A stretch of 64,000 nt of DNA, from contig OX337233.1 of NCBI GenBank assembly GCA_946965045.2, positions 496,001 to 560,000 on the forward strand, in the 5' to 3' direction. Under the pieces are notes generated by a model. That model did no database searches, was not told the DNA's origin, and saw only the letters and a list, made by a program, of their open reading frames with translations. This DNA comes from Epithemia pelagica (lineage: Eukaryota > Protista > Bacillariophyta). Positions 1-10,103 of this stretch are shown here, piece by piece; position 1 is the stretch's first letter; each line of letters starts with the position of its first letter. A program made the translations under genes and the position numbers.

Positions 1-611
1 CAAACGACCGCCGCTCTTCTTGTTCCGTTCCACCTCGCGGCCTGCTGGAAACAACGGAGTTCTTTTTTTGCTTTGTTTTTGGTCGTCACATCCACAACAC
101 AAAAGCGAAGGCGAGTCCGAAACGAGAAGGGTAAAGGACGGACAGACGGTCTACTCTCCCTGGTGCGCACTTTTGTCGCGCGAAGAAGGGGGCCGTTCCC
201 ACCTGCCAGCCGACCCAGCAACCGGCCATCCACAAATCCCAAAACAAGGCATATCTTGTTGTCTCACGCACAACGAGAACGTCCCGCTCCACAAAAAGTG
301 GACAAAGCGTGGTGGAGAGATTTGTTGGCAACTGAGACCAACGACCGGGGTATATCATGTTCGTATTGTACATGATCCATTCCAAATAAGTAGTGCAGAG
401 AGGAAAGTGAGAGCGAGATCTCCAATCCATGGCATGGAAGTCTTCCACTGTCGGTAGGTATCCAACAAGACTGCCTTGCGATTTTCACCGGATTGCAATC
501 CCTGCCCATTCGGATGGGGATGATAGTGCGCTCTTGGCCTATTATATTGTCAATGTTCGACGAGGCTCCTGCGTGTCCCATCTCTTCGCTTGACTCAGTG
601 GAACAAGAGCG

Positions 612-1514
612 ATGAGTGTGACGAAGGCACCACAACTCGAAGCGCTCAAATCCATGTCTTTGCCTCCACTTTCGGCTGATGGCAAACCTCAACCTAAGTT
701 GTCTGCGATCTCTCGTCAATACGATGTTGGAAATAAGGGTTTCCTTTCGGATGCTGAAATGCAGATGAGAGAGATGGATAGCGAAAATCGTGGCTATTTG
801 ACAAATGCTCAAGTGGCACAAGTGGTTGAACAAACTATGACTATTCGAGAAGCGAATATGACTCTACGAAATTACCTCATTGGATAAGTTGTCACGGTGG
901 TGATACTGGGGCTTTCCAATTTGGGGACTGCCTTTGCAGCAGCACGACTCACAAAAGATACGTCTGTGGAAGAAAGTTCTGGACGTATGATTGTTCAGGG
1001 AGAATCTTCCAAAACGATTGTTATGCAAGGAGCTGGGAATACATTACATGCCCATGTTTACGCCAGTGATGATAATGCGACTAGCACACTGATATGTGTC
1101 ACCACAAGAGAACTTTCTGCTGCTTATCAGAACAATTGTGATGGAATCACAACCACCCTGTTAATGCAATCTACGGATGGGAATAGACTTTCAGTGGAGC
1201 TAATGGAAATTTCCCGCTCAGGCGCATCACAGAACGAAACGCATGTTGTACTGCAAGGACAGAAAGACAACCGAACTCTCATTTTTGATCTTGAATCAGA
1301 TGCGTGTGATTTCTTGTCTCAGAAGCAATCAACTACTGGAATACGACGAGGACTTGAGAGTCGTTTCGAATCAATAGTTGAAGAAACAGATGTGCACGGG
1401 GTTCATACTTCTCGACACCTGACGTTCCAAGATCAAAGTGGCTCGGTTCGTAGAGCCGAGTCAACGTGGAAGACTGACTCCGCGGGCTACACTGCTGGCA
1501 TTATATATTCATGA
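612..1514 (+). pseudogene. Diatom-type single-pass membrane protein (EF-hand-like 'YDVGNKGFLSDAEMQMREMDSENRGYLTN' + TM 'VVILGLSNLGTAFAAARLTKD'), interrupted by an in-frame TAA at 885-887
   Basis: ORFs 612-887 and 897-1514 are in the same frame, separated only by TAA (IG*VVTVVILGLSN). The stop lies at the start of the hydrophobic helix. The motif order matches a diatom gene family I recognise from memory. Confidence 0.6.
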
Positions 1515-1704
1515 TGAAGAAGACAATTTGAATTGGCCCGTGTTAAGATTGTTGTATTTTGAATGCTCCCAAGTCCAACTCTCCTCCTTTCCTTTTTCCA
1601 TGTTTTGTAACATGTAAGAGTCCTCGCAAAACATTTGTTGTTGAACCTAATAATCACCCAGGAAAAATCTGTGACCGAGATCAGAGTTTAGTAGGTTTTG
1701 GTCT

Positions 1705-2354
1705 TCAAAGTAGTTCGTGTGGTAAATCATCAACACCCAATTGAACAAGAGCTTGCCGTTGTGCGTGTTTTACCTGCACTGCTTCCGCACGGCGACCAGA
1801 TGTGATTTGAGAGGTTCCGGCCAAGATTGTCTTGCCATCACTGGAAATTAAACGAAGGTATCCCCAATCACTCTGTTTCAATGGACCCGCCCATCGACGC
1901 ATGGCATCATTATGCTTGTGATCGTACCGGTCCCATGTATTGAAAGCACATGGAACAAAATAGGTTTCCGCTATGCGCTGAATGGCAGGATCACTGAAAA
2001 TATACTCTCCTACATCCTGACAACCCTACTCCCGTCGATGTAAACGAAGAGTTAAAAATCCGACAGTGCTTGGTATTAGAAATCAACCCGATCTGCATGG
2101 TTCTTTGACATATATATAATTTTACTTGCCTTACATCCAGACCATTCGACAAAATTTGCAAAAATAGGCTTTCCAGTTTCCTTAGCTAGGCGAAGGGCGC
2201 GATGAAAGTCTCCGTGGCGCCCATCTGGAGTCAGATTCACGTAGTGAATGGTTCCTAGCTCAATGGTTTGTTTCGTGGCCGGAGGAGCATGGTGGCTGCT
2301 TTTTTGGAGTTCTTGTTGCTGACGTTTGCCTGTTCCAAAAAGTTTAAATTGCAT
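1705..2354 (-). CDS. Thioredoxin-like CxxC protein (resembles bacterial VPGUxxT/C-type thioredoxin-like (seleno)proteins), 181 aa; exons 2354-2130 and 2025-1705, GC-AG intron 2129-2026
   Basis: Exon 1 ends IELGTIHY...ALRLAKETGKPIFANFVEWSGCK, followed by AAG|GCAAGT. The acceptor TAG at 2028-2026 gives GCQDVGEYIFSDPAIQRIAETYFVPCAFNTWD. The join is phase 0, open to the stop at 1705, and creates WSGCKGC. Confidence 0.7.
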
Positions 2355-4179
2355 GTTTTGTTTATCGTTTTCCCTCTGTTCTTCAGATTGTATGGTTTTG
2401 CGATCAACAACATATCGTTCTCTTTCACAGCGCTGACATGTGAAATGACGGGATTAAAGCAGCTCAAGCAGAATGGTCAATTCGTGGGATTAATAGTTAC
2501 TCCGAATAGATAGACTAGCTAGAGGAGAGTCGCGTCGTACAATAGGTTGTCTCGACCGATGTTACCCATGAAACTCAAAAACAAAGCAATTGTGGATCTT
2601 CTTCAGACTAGAGAAGAACCAATGTATCGCTTCGATGTCCATATGCTACCAATGGCCATAAAGTATGGATAGGGTTGAAACCCTTCACAAAGGTTGTGCT
2701 GTGCTCATTTTCTAGCAACTTTCTTTACGGACTCTGTTTTTCTTTACGTAGGATTAATTCAAGTATGATATGCCTTTTCCAATGTCGTGTAACCAATGAA
2801 TTCATGCATAGTCGACCATAACATGGTGATGTAACTTTGAGAATGTATTTGCACTGTCTTCGCTTGTGGCTCCACAACTTGAGATTGTTTGGCTTCTCTA
2901 GCGTCCAATGACACTCTTCCTGGCACGCCTGGCCTTGCGAGCAGCTCTCCACTTGACGAATCGCGCAATCAAACCCATTTTGTTGGTCTTCTTTCTGTGT
3001 TGCTTCGTAGCTTTGGTGTTGCTTCGTAGCGAGGCTATTGAATGTACCCTTCTTTACACTTCACGGTCTGAACAAATTATGAGACAGACAAAGCTTGTCA
3101 TCTCTGTCAGCTTGAAATGATCTGATGGAACGCATACTGGATAGTTTTCAGTCCCTTTTTCGCAGGAGACACCATCAATCACATGGTCATGGTCACTTAA
3201 AAAATGATTCAACGGATCGTCTTCATATTTTATGAGTACTCGTACTCTGTGTCGGATTCCACATACAGTTTGGAATCCAACGTTGCTTCCGAGTTTCTCC
3301 CTCTTACCATGTGTGACGTGTCCCAGTGCGCACCAGAGGCTATGGGCTATTGTTTCTATGGCGCACTGGGGCAATACTAAGAAAAAGTCGCGGCGCAGAG
3401 GAATCTCCGCGCACCCCCGGGAGTCGTCCCCGAAGCCAACGAGTCCAACGGAAAAACGAGAGATCGGCTGGCGCGTGGGAGGATGAGGCTATAATAAGTT
3501 TATTGACTATCTATGCCCCAAGGTGCGCGGCCTTTGTACAGTAGTAGAATATCCGTACAGTCCAAAGAGCTGCCAGTAGCCAGTAGGTGCACATTTTTCG
3601 CTTTCGCGTTCCCTCTCGAATTATGCAACTCTTGGATAGCTCCTTCTCCGCGTCTCGTGTGGATCCACGACATGCAGCACACAGAGGAGGAGAAGGACGA
3701 AGGACCGTTTCGTCTCGTTGTGTTGTGTTGCCTTTGTAGTGATCCAAGATTTCTCAACGTCCCAAATTCAAAAGCTGGTCCAAGTTATAGAGAATAAGTA
3801 GCATCCAGGATTCCAACGAACACTTTTTGATACGATCCGTTGAGACAAACGACCCAAACGTCACCTCCGTACCTCTCTCTCATTCAGAAAAAGACCACAA
3901 CAATCCCTCTCCACCTCTTTGTTGTAGAGAGCAGAGAGAGAGAAAACCACAGAAACAGGCAAGCGTGCATCCAGTACAACGTCTCACGACTGTGTTGCGT
4001 GCATCAAGTAAGTCTCATTTTTTCCAACTCGCATCGAGCATTCCCCAAAAGCAAGCAGCTCACGGTTTTGGCAATCCTTCTATAGTTCCTCCAGACGATT
4101 CATTGATTGATTGATTGATTGGTCATTCGGATAGAACACACCACCACCACCACCACCACAACTGGATTGAATCACTGCA

Positions 4180-6492
4180 TTGAGATTGATTGCTGTGAAT
4201 CTAGTCCGCATCATCATCATGATTGGCATCCTATCCAGAACCCATGTGGCCACTGCCTGTTTGGCCTGTCTGGTGGCCTTGGGCCTTCCGGAAGCATCCC
4301 ACGCTCTACGAGGACAATCTCGACCACCCGTATTGGAGCAGCAACAAGAACCACAAGGCAGCCAACAACAATTGCCCAGTACTACGACTGCCAATACCAA
4401 TAATCGTCTCTTTCAATCCATCACCTTGCCCCAGCAACCACAAGAGCGCGTCTTGCAAATCACACCCGAGGACTTTGATTGTCCGGCACCGAGTTCGCGA
4501 CCCTCCGAAGAGGGCTTTGATCCATCCAAGAGCAAGGATGTCCGTGGACGCGATGAACAATTGCAATTGGATTCGGTCGGAACCTTTTTGAATGATATCT
4601 TGATTGCCGATCCACCATCCGACTTTTCGACCTTGGCGGCAGCCTTGTCCGCCACGGGCCTGTTGAATGGTTTGATTACCAATATTGATATCCGCACTCG
4701 ATTCTATACTATTTTTGCGCCGACCAATGCCGCCTTTGATGCCTTTGCCACTTCCTTGGGCTTGTCGTCCACGGCGGACTTGTTGGATCCCGCCATTGTG
4801 CCCACGGCAACCGTCATTCAAGTGTTATCCTATCATTTCTTGACGCCCCTCATTTGTGTCGCCACGGCGGACGATTTGACGGCGGCCGCCGCCTATCGCG
4901 TCGACTCGACGGTTCCCCTCGGCAATGCGCCCTTGACTCCGTTGGAACAAATTCGCACCCAATTCAATGGCGCCGACTTGGAACTGTTTGGGTATGGCGA
5001 CAACAAGACGGACAGTACCGCTCTCGTCACCACACCCGATTTGTATTTTTCCAATGCCATTGTGCATGTCGTCGATCGAGTCTTGAATCCGTTGCCGCCC
5101 GTCATTCCCGTTATCGTGAGCAACAATGACGATCAATTCTCCATCCTCAATGAACTCTTGCAATTGACGGGTTTGGATGACGTCTTGGCCAATGCCGCGG
5201 CCACCTTTACCGTCTTTGCCCCGACCGATGCCGCCTTTACGGCGGCCGGCTTGGATGTGGCCACCCTCGAGACGGATTTGGATCTAACCCGAGACATTCT
5301 CTTGCATCATGTCTTGCTCGATACGGCCGTGACCTCGACGGATATTTTTACCATTTTGGATGGCTTGGAGGCTGGGGTCGATACCTTTGAAGTCGTGCCC
5401 GCCTTGGCACCGGCCATTTCCCTCGAAATTGGTCGCGTGGGGACCAGTACTGTGACGGTGACGGATGGCCGGGACCGTGTGGCCCAAGTGATTGTGGCCG
5501 ACGTCCAAGCTTCCAACGGAATCGTTCATGTCGTCGATTCCGTCTTGCTGCCCTATTTCAGTATCGCTGAACAAGTCTTGTTGCGGGCCTCGACCGACTT
5601 GGGCACCTTGTCGACGGCCTTGACAACGGCCGGCCTCATGCCCGTCGTGTCGGATTACAAGGCAGAATTGACCGTCTTTGCCCCCGACAATGACGCCTTT
5701 ACCGACGCCTTTACCCAGGCCGAACTCACCGCGCTCTTGGGCAATTCCGAACTCTTGATCAAGATTTTGACCTATCATGTCACTCCCGGGTTTGTCCGAG
5801 CCGCGGATATTTTGGCCAATTTGGACACGCCCATTACGACCCTCGAGGGCGACACGATTCAAGCCTCGTCCCCGTCGACCGGGGCCGTCGAATTGGAAGA
5901 TCAAGGGTCCGATCCCACCGAAGACTTGGCGGCCGTGACGGAAGCCAATATTGAAGCCTCGAATGGTGTGATTCACATTATTGATAAGGTCTTGTTGCCA
6001 CCCCTTGGTTTGGCCGACAAGATTGGCTTGTCCGGTTTGACGCTGCTCTATGAAGCCCTCGTCTTTACCGAACTCGATGACGTCTTGAACACCTTGACCA
6101 ATACCGATACGACTGTCTTTGCCCCCACGGATGCCGCCTTTGCCACGGCGGGATTCCCATCGTCGGCCAGTTTTACCGATGCCAACAAGGCGACCTTGAC
6201 CACCATTTTGCAAGCGCACGTCCTCAAGGGATTCCTGACCTCGATTGACAGTACCGTGTTGGGCCTGTACAGTGGCTTGGTCACGGTGCCCATGAAATTG
6301 CCCACCTTGAATGACAATGTCGAGTTGCTCTCCAAACCGGCCCCCGCCGGCAGTACCAATGCCCTCATGATTGAAGTGGACGGTGACACGCGAACGGGCA
6401 CGAGCCTCGTCCAAGCGGAAATTATTGAAGCCGATATTTTTGCCAACAATGGATTGATTCATATCATTGATCAAGTCATTGTGCCGCCGTGA
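4180..6492 (+). CDS. Secreted fasciclin protein with four FAS1 domains (770 aa; start may be the ATG at 4219)
   Basis: N-terminal hydrophobic leader ending ASHA-LRG. Four H1 motifs (TIFAPTNAAF, TVFAPTDAAF, TVFAPDNDAF, TVFAPTDAAF) and four H2 motifs (NAIVHVVDRVL, NGIVHVVDSVL, NGVIHIIDKVL, NGLIHIIDQVI). Uninterrupted ORF. Confidence 0.93.
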   Translation: MRLIAVNLVRIIIMIGILSRTHVATACLACLVALGLPEASHALRGQSRPPVLEQQQEPQGSQQQLPSTTTANTNNRLFQSITLPQQPQERVLQITPEDFDCPAPSSRPSEEGFDPSKSKDVRGRDEQLQLDSVGTFLNDILIADPPSDFSTLAAALSATGLLNGLITNIDIRTRFYTIFAPTNAAFDAFATSLGLSSTADLLDPAIVPTATVIQVLSYHFLTPLICVATADDLTAAAAYRVDSTVPLGNAPLTPLEQIRTQFNGADLELFGYGDNKTDSTALVTTPDLYFSNAIVHVVDRVLNPLPPVIPVIVSNNDDQFSILNELLQLTGLDDVLANAAATFTVFAPTDAAFTAAGLDVATLETDLDLTRDILLHHVLLDTAVTSTDIFTILDGLEAGVDTFEVVPALAPAISLEIGRVGTSTVTVTDGRDRVAQVIVADVQASNGIVHVVDSVLLPYFSIAEQVLLRASTDLGTLSTALTTAGLMPVVSDYKAELTVFAPDNDAFTDAFTQAELTALLGNSELLIKILTYHVTPGFVRAADILANLDTPITTLEGDTIQASSPSTGAVELEDQGSDPTEDLAAVTEANIEASNGVIHIIDKVLLPPLGLADKIGLSGLTLLYEALVFTELDDVLNTLTNTDTTVFAPTDAAFATAGFPSSASFTDANKATLTTILQAHVLKGFLTSIDSTVLGLYSGLVTVPMKLPTLNDNVELLSKPAPAGSTNALMIEVDGDTRTGTSLVQAEIIEADIFANNGLIHIIDQVIVPP

Positions 6493-7052
6493 GAATAGTC
6501 TCTAGTAAAGAGAGAGAACTGCGCATCTACAACCAAAACAACCCCAAGATATTTCAAGTTTCATAACCCAAAAACACTCCTTAGTCTGTGTGTATCTGAC
6601 TGACCGTATGTCCAGTCTATCGTCGCGTGTAACTTCTATATAAAAGAATAGTTTTAATTTGTTGCATTTCGATATCCGTAGAAATGGTAGAGCTGGAGCA
6701 ATGACGCTCAACCAACAGATCCCCAAGTACTCCACGGAGAGAGAAATCGAGAGAGATCATCCAGTACTTTTTCGTGTCGGCTCCCCATCGACCGTTCCTT
6801 CTGTTGCGAGAGGTCCTTTCGAGATTGGCGCAAGACAGACAAACGTTGTAGACTGATTCAGTCGGTGGTTCTTACGCCCCTAGGTACGAGAAGTTGAGTT
6901 TGTGGTCTTGGAGTGTTCCTAGAACTGGAGCACTACGCGTACTACCTAGTAGATGACCTCTCTTTTGGACCTATCTACTCTAGGGGCCCTCTATGAGAGT
7001 GGTCCGTCCGTCCTTTTACCCTTTTTCTGAAAGATACCATAGAGAGTAATAG

Positions 7053-7890
7053 ATGGAACCAAAGAAAAGAACCTTTCCAATGGTGTACCATGAAGGATCT
7101 CCTCTGTTGTTGTTCGAAGCAGGCCGCGAGGTGGAACAAGACAACAAGAGCGGTGGATGAGCCACGTCATTGGTGGTGATGCCCCTGGTGGCGGCCGTTT
7201 TTCTGGCAGCCATTCTTCTTGTTCTCACGGTTGTGGCGTGTGGCCCACACTCCTTCTTGTCGTACATCACCACCAAGTCCATGGGCGCTCAGCTCGTCCA
7301 ATCTCCCGAAAAAGCCACCCAGGATCTCGACACGGCCGTCGAGGCCATGGAAGCGACGCTCCAGAATGCCACAATGGAAACAAAAGCTCTCCAAACGGCA
7401 AATGCCAAATTGCGGGCAGAAATGGCAGACTTGAAGACAGAGATGCAAGACTTGACAAAGGCTTTTCTTGCCAATGAGAGCCTCGCTGCGTCGCAACACG
7501 CCAAAGAGGTGGAGGCCATGCGCCAGAAGTTGGACGAGGAGATTGCTGGTTTTCAGGAAGAGATTGCCAATCTCACCACTGCCAGGGACATGGCACGGAG
7601 GGAGCTTGAAGAGTCAAATGTGAAACATGCTACAGAGATTGGGGATTGCAAATCAGCCCTCGCCAATGTGAAGCAGACGAAGGAAGCCCAACTCGAGGAC
7701 ATTGCTGGTTTCCAGGAGGAGATTGCCAATCTCACCACTGACAGGGACATGGCACTCAAGGAGATCGAAGAGTCCAACGTGAAACATGCTACAGAGATGG
7801 GGGATTGCAAATCAGCCCTTGCGAATGCGCAAGAGACGAAAGAAGCTGAACTCAAGGAATTAGAGGATGAGAAGACGGCGTGCCGCAGCC
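7053..7890 (+). pseudogene. 5' half of a type II membrane coiled-coil + MRH (PRKCSH-like) protein gene, disrupted by the copia insertion; also has an in-frame TGA at 7158-7160
   Basis: ATG 7053 MEPKKRTF...SGG*ATSLVVMPLVAAVFLAAILLVL is in frame with ORF 7170 (TM helix, then coiled coil). It ends at the TSD CAGCC (7886-7890) and rejoins 24223 in frame. Confidence 0.8.
7542..7859 (+). repeat. Two tandem 159-bp (53-aa) coiled-coil repeats inside the host gene
   Basis: IAGFQEEIANLTTARDMARRELEESNVKHATEIGDCKSALAN... starts at 7542 and its near-copy IAGFQEEIANLTTDRDMALKEIEESNVKHATEMGDCKSALAN... starts at 7701. Confidence 0.9.
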
Positions 7891-7977
7891 TGTTGGAATC
7901 TTCAATTGAGTCGCTCTTCATGTCGTGGTCCCGAATCAAGACAGTCGCACATATGACCTTTGGGATAGAAACCGCAA
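7891..7977 (+). repeat. 5' LTR, first 87 bp (split by the DNA transposon)
   Basis: Matches 23940-24026 except for one C/T (GGTCCCGAA vs GGTCCTGAA). Confidence 0.95.
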
Positions 7978-8341
7978 CACTGCAACTCAAATTCCATCTG
8001 AAGAACGAATTTGTCAACTGAATTGCTATTAATCAATTCTATCTCATCTGATTAAACACAAAGAACCACCCTTCTATTTTTATTCTGTTTCATTAACTGA
8101 TTAGAGTTTATTCACTCACTCGTTCACGGAATAAAACCTTATTCAAACAATTCGTCAGAATAGTATATTTAATCAAAGAATCCATCGGAATAATATATTA
8201 TTCAATGAAAATCAACCGCGGCATCTATAATCAATGCATTTTCAATTGTTTAATTTACTTCGTTGGTTTTATATATACGCGCGGTCTCTCGTCGTCTCTC
8301 TCTCTCGTCATTTATCTCTCTTTCGTCTCTCTCTCTCTCTC

Positions 8342-9478
8342 TCATTGTCTCTCTCTCTCTTTCTCCGCCCCTCTCTCTCGAGAGTCACATCGACGTTTAA
8401 TATCATCATCCTTATTTTCGTCATATTTTGTATTCTCTTTTCCCGACATATCCGTAACATGTAAAAGTCCTCTCTTGGTTGCCTTTTCACTTATTGATCT
8501 GTCAGGGAGAACCGTAGATGCTGCTACCAAACAACTGGTTCCATCCTGCTGTCCGCCAACAAGGAAGTTAAGATATGATAAGTCTTCCTCGTTCTCAAAA
8601 ATCAAAACACCCCCTCCGTAGGACATGTTTAGTTTCTGACGAGATACTTCGGAATTACCGAGTGTATGGATATACTGAATACATTCGACTGGAAGATAAT
8701 AGCCCACCCTTAAAGTCACCTCTCCATGAGAAGATACTTTGGAACTGCCACGGTTTTTGATTTCCTTCTCCAATTTTTTCCGCAGATTATACAAACCAAC
8801 CCAAATGGTCCGATGGAGACATCGTCTTGGGACAATCAGATTATCTGGGTGTCTGTAGCTTGGATGCATATTGACAAAACCCATTGATACCATAGATGGG
8901 AGTTCATCCAGACGATGCTCTGTCGCTCGCTTATATGAATACACAGTATGGTGCCAGAATCTCACAACATACACATTGTTCATACCTTCCGCCCATGCAT
9001 TTTCATTCTTCCTCATCTCTTCTAAAGTAAAAACGAAAGCTGGGAAGAGCAATTTCACCTTCTTGTCCGGCAGTTCTCCATTAATCCACAGCACCTCTGT
9101 TGATTCATACAATTCCTTGTTCCTTGAACCACATTGTCCATGTTCAATTTTCTCATAATTATGCGAAGGCGGCGCCGGGTGCCATTTCAAACGTCGATCA
9201 GTAAACAATGGAAGAAATAACCTCAACCGAATGGAAGTTGCTGCCAAATCTGGGTCTTGTTCTTCATCTTGTTCTCTTTCCTCTAATCGAGCTATGGTGA
9301 AATCTTTAGAATCGTCCTCGTCTCTTAACTGAATAGCCATAAATGAACCGATCCTTACCGTATCCATCAACGTCCAATCGAAGTAAGGGACATGGTTTAC
9401 ATCCACAGTATTTCCATACGATGTAGACGACGACGATGTGGACGACGATGAGGACGACGATTGAAAAGACAACGACAT
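8342..9478 (-). CDS. Transposon-borne protein of unknown function (ORF-A, up to 378 aa; C-terminus uncertain because it runs into a (GA)n tract)
   Basis: Long ORF with a Ser-rich N-terminus and a globular-looking core (FPAFVFTLEE...NNVYVVRFW). No family recognised. Confidence 0.6.
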   Translation of the reverse strand: MSLSFQSSSSSSSTSSSSTSYGNTVDVNHVPYFDWTLMDTVRIGSFMAIQLRDEDDSKDFTIARLEEREQDEEQDPDLAATSIRLRLFLPLFTDRRLKWHPAPPSHNYEKIEHGQCGSRNKELYESTEVLWINGELPDKKVKLLFPAFVFTLEEMRKNENAWAEGMNNVYVVRFWHHTVYSYKRATEHRLDELPSMVSMGFVNMHPSYRHPDNLIVPRRCLHRTIWVGLYNLRKKLEKEIKNRGSSKVSSHGEVTLRVGYYLPVECIQYIHTLGNSEVSRQKLNMSYGGGVLIFENEEDLSYLNFLVGGQQDGTSCLVAASTVLPDRSISEKATKRGLLHVTDMSGKENTKYDENKDDDIKRRCDSRERGAEKERERQ

Positions 9479-10103
9479 GTACTATTGGAACGACGAGAAC
9501 GAGAAAAACGACGAGAAACTTTTTTTTGCGAGAGATAACAGTGAAAACACATAAACAAATGTGTGTATTGAACGCAGGGCGAGCATAGTGGGTGTGTTTA
9601 ATTATATATATCTATAAGTGTTCGTCCTCCCCTCTCCCCACTATTTTCTTTATTGTTAGCAATATTCATTCCAATGAGTATTATTTGACTTAGTTTACTT
9701 ACAGTTCAATTAGTCTTGTTTTTAATTTTGATACGCCTAATTGTTCTGATCAAGACCAAGTCTGCCTCGTCTTTCTCTCTATCTAATTTAAAAAGCCACC
9801 ATTGGCCATATACTTTCAAAAGGATTTTCGTTTATTGTATTACCTCCAATGAGTGAAAATGTGAACGCGCGGACGAATACATGCATGCTTTCTGTTTTTT
9901 TACATATTTTTTCCTCTATTTTTGGAAATTGATCTTTTTTCTCTCCCTTTTTTTGAATGTCCTCTCGCCGATCTCTCGCATATCTCTCTCTCTCGCGACA
10001 TCACATCTCGATCACTCTCATCTCTCTCTCTTGTCCTTCCTCTCTCTCTCTCTCGTATCTCGTCCCTATATGTGTGGTCTCTATTCCCCAAATCCTTTCA
10101 ATA

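Noticed and set aside
20-600. Overlapping ORFs of 100-190 aa on both strands
   Set aside because: No recognisable motifs; they overlap each other and the real gene at 612.
2725-3490. Short minus-strand frames (MGLIARFVKWRAARK..., KLGSNVGFQTVCG...) and a 19-bp tandem repeat at about 2997-3032
   Set aside because: Could be a decayed gene, but I could not build a consistent exon model or recognise a family.
4306-6474. Long antisense ORFs (171 aa, 396 aa) over the FAS1 gene, with similar ones over the other FAS1 copies
   Set aside because: Shadow ORFs caused by GC-rich codon bias on the coding strand.
7891-8021. C-terminus LLESSIESLFMSWSRIKTV... of ORF 7170-8021
   Set aside because: Read-through into LTR and transposon sequence, not host coding sequence.
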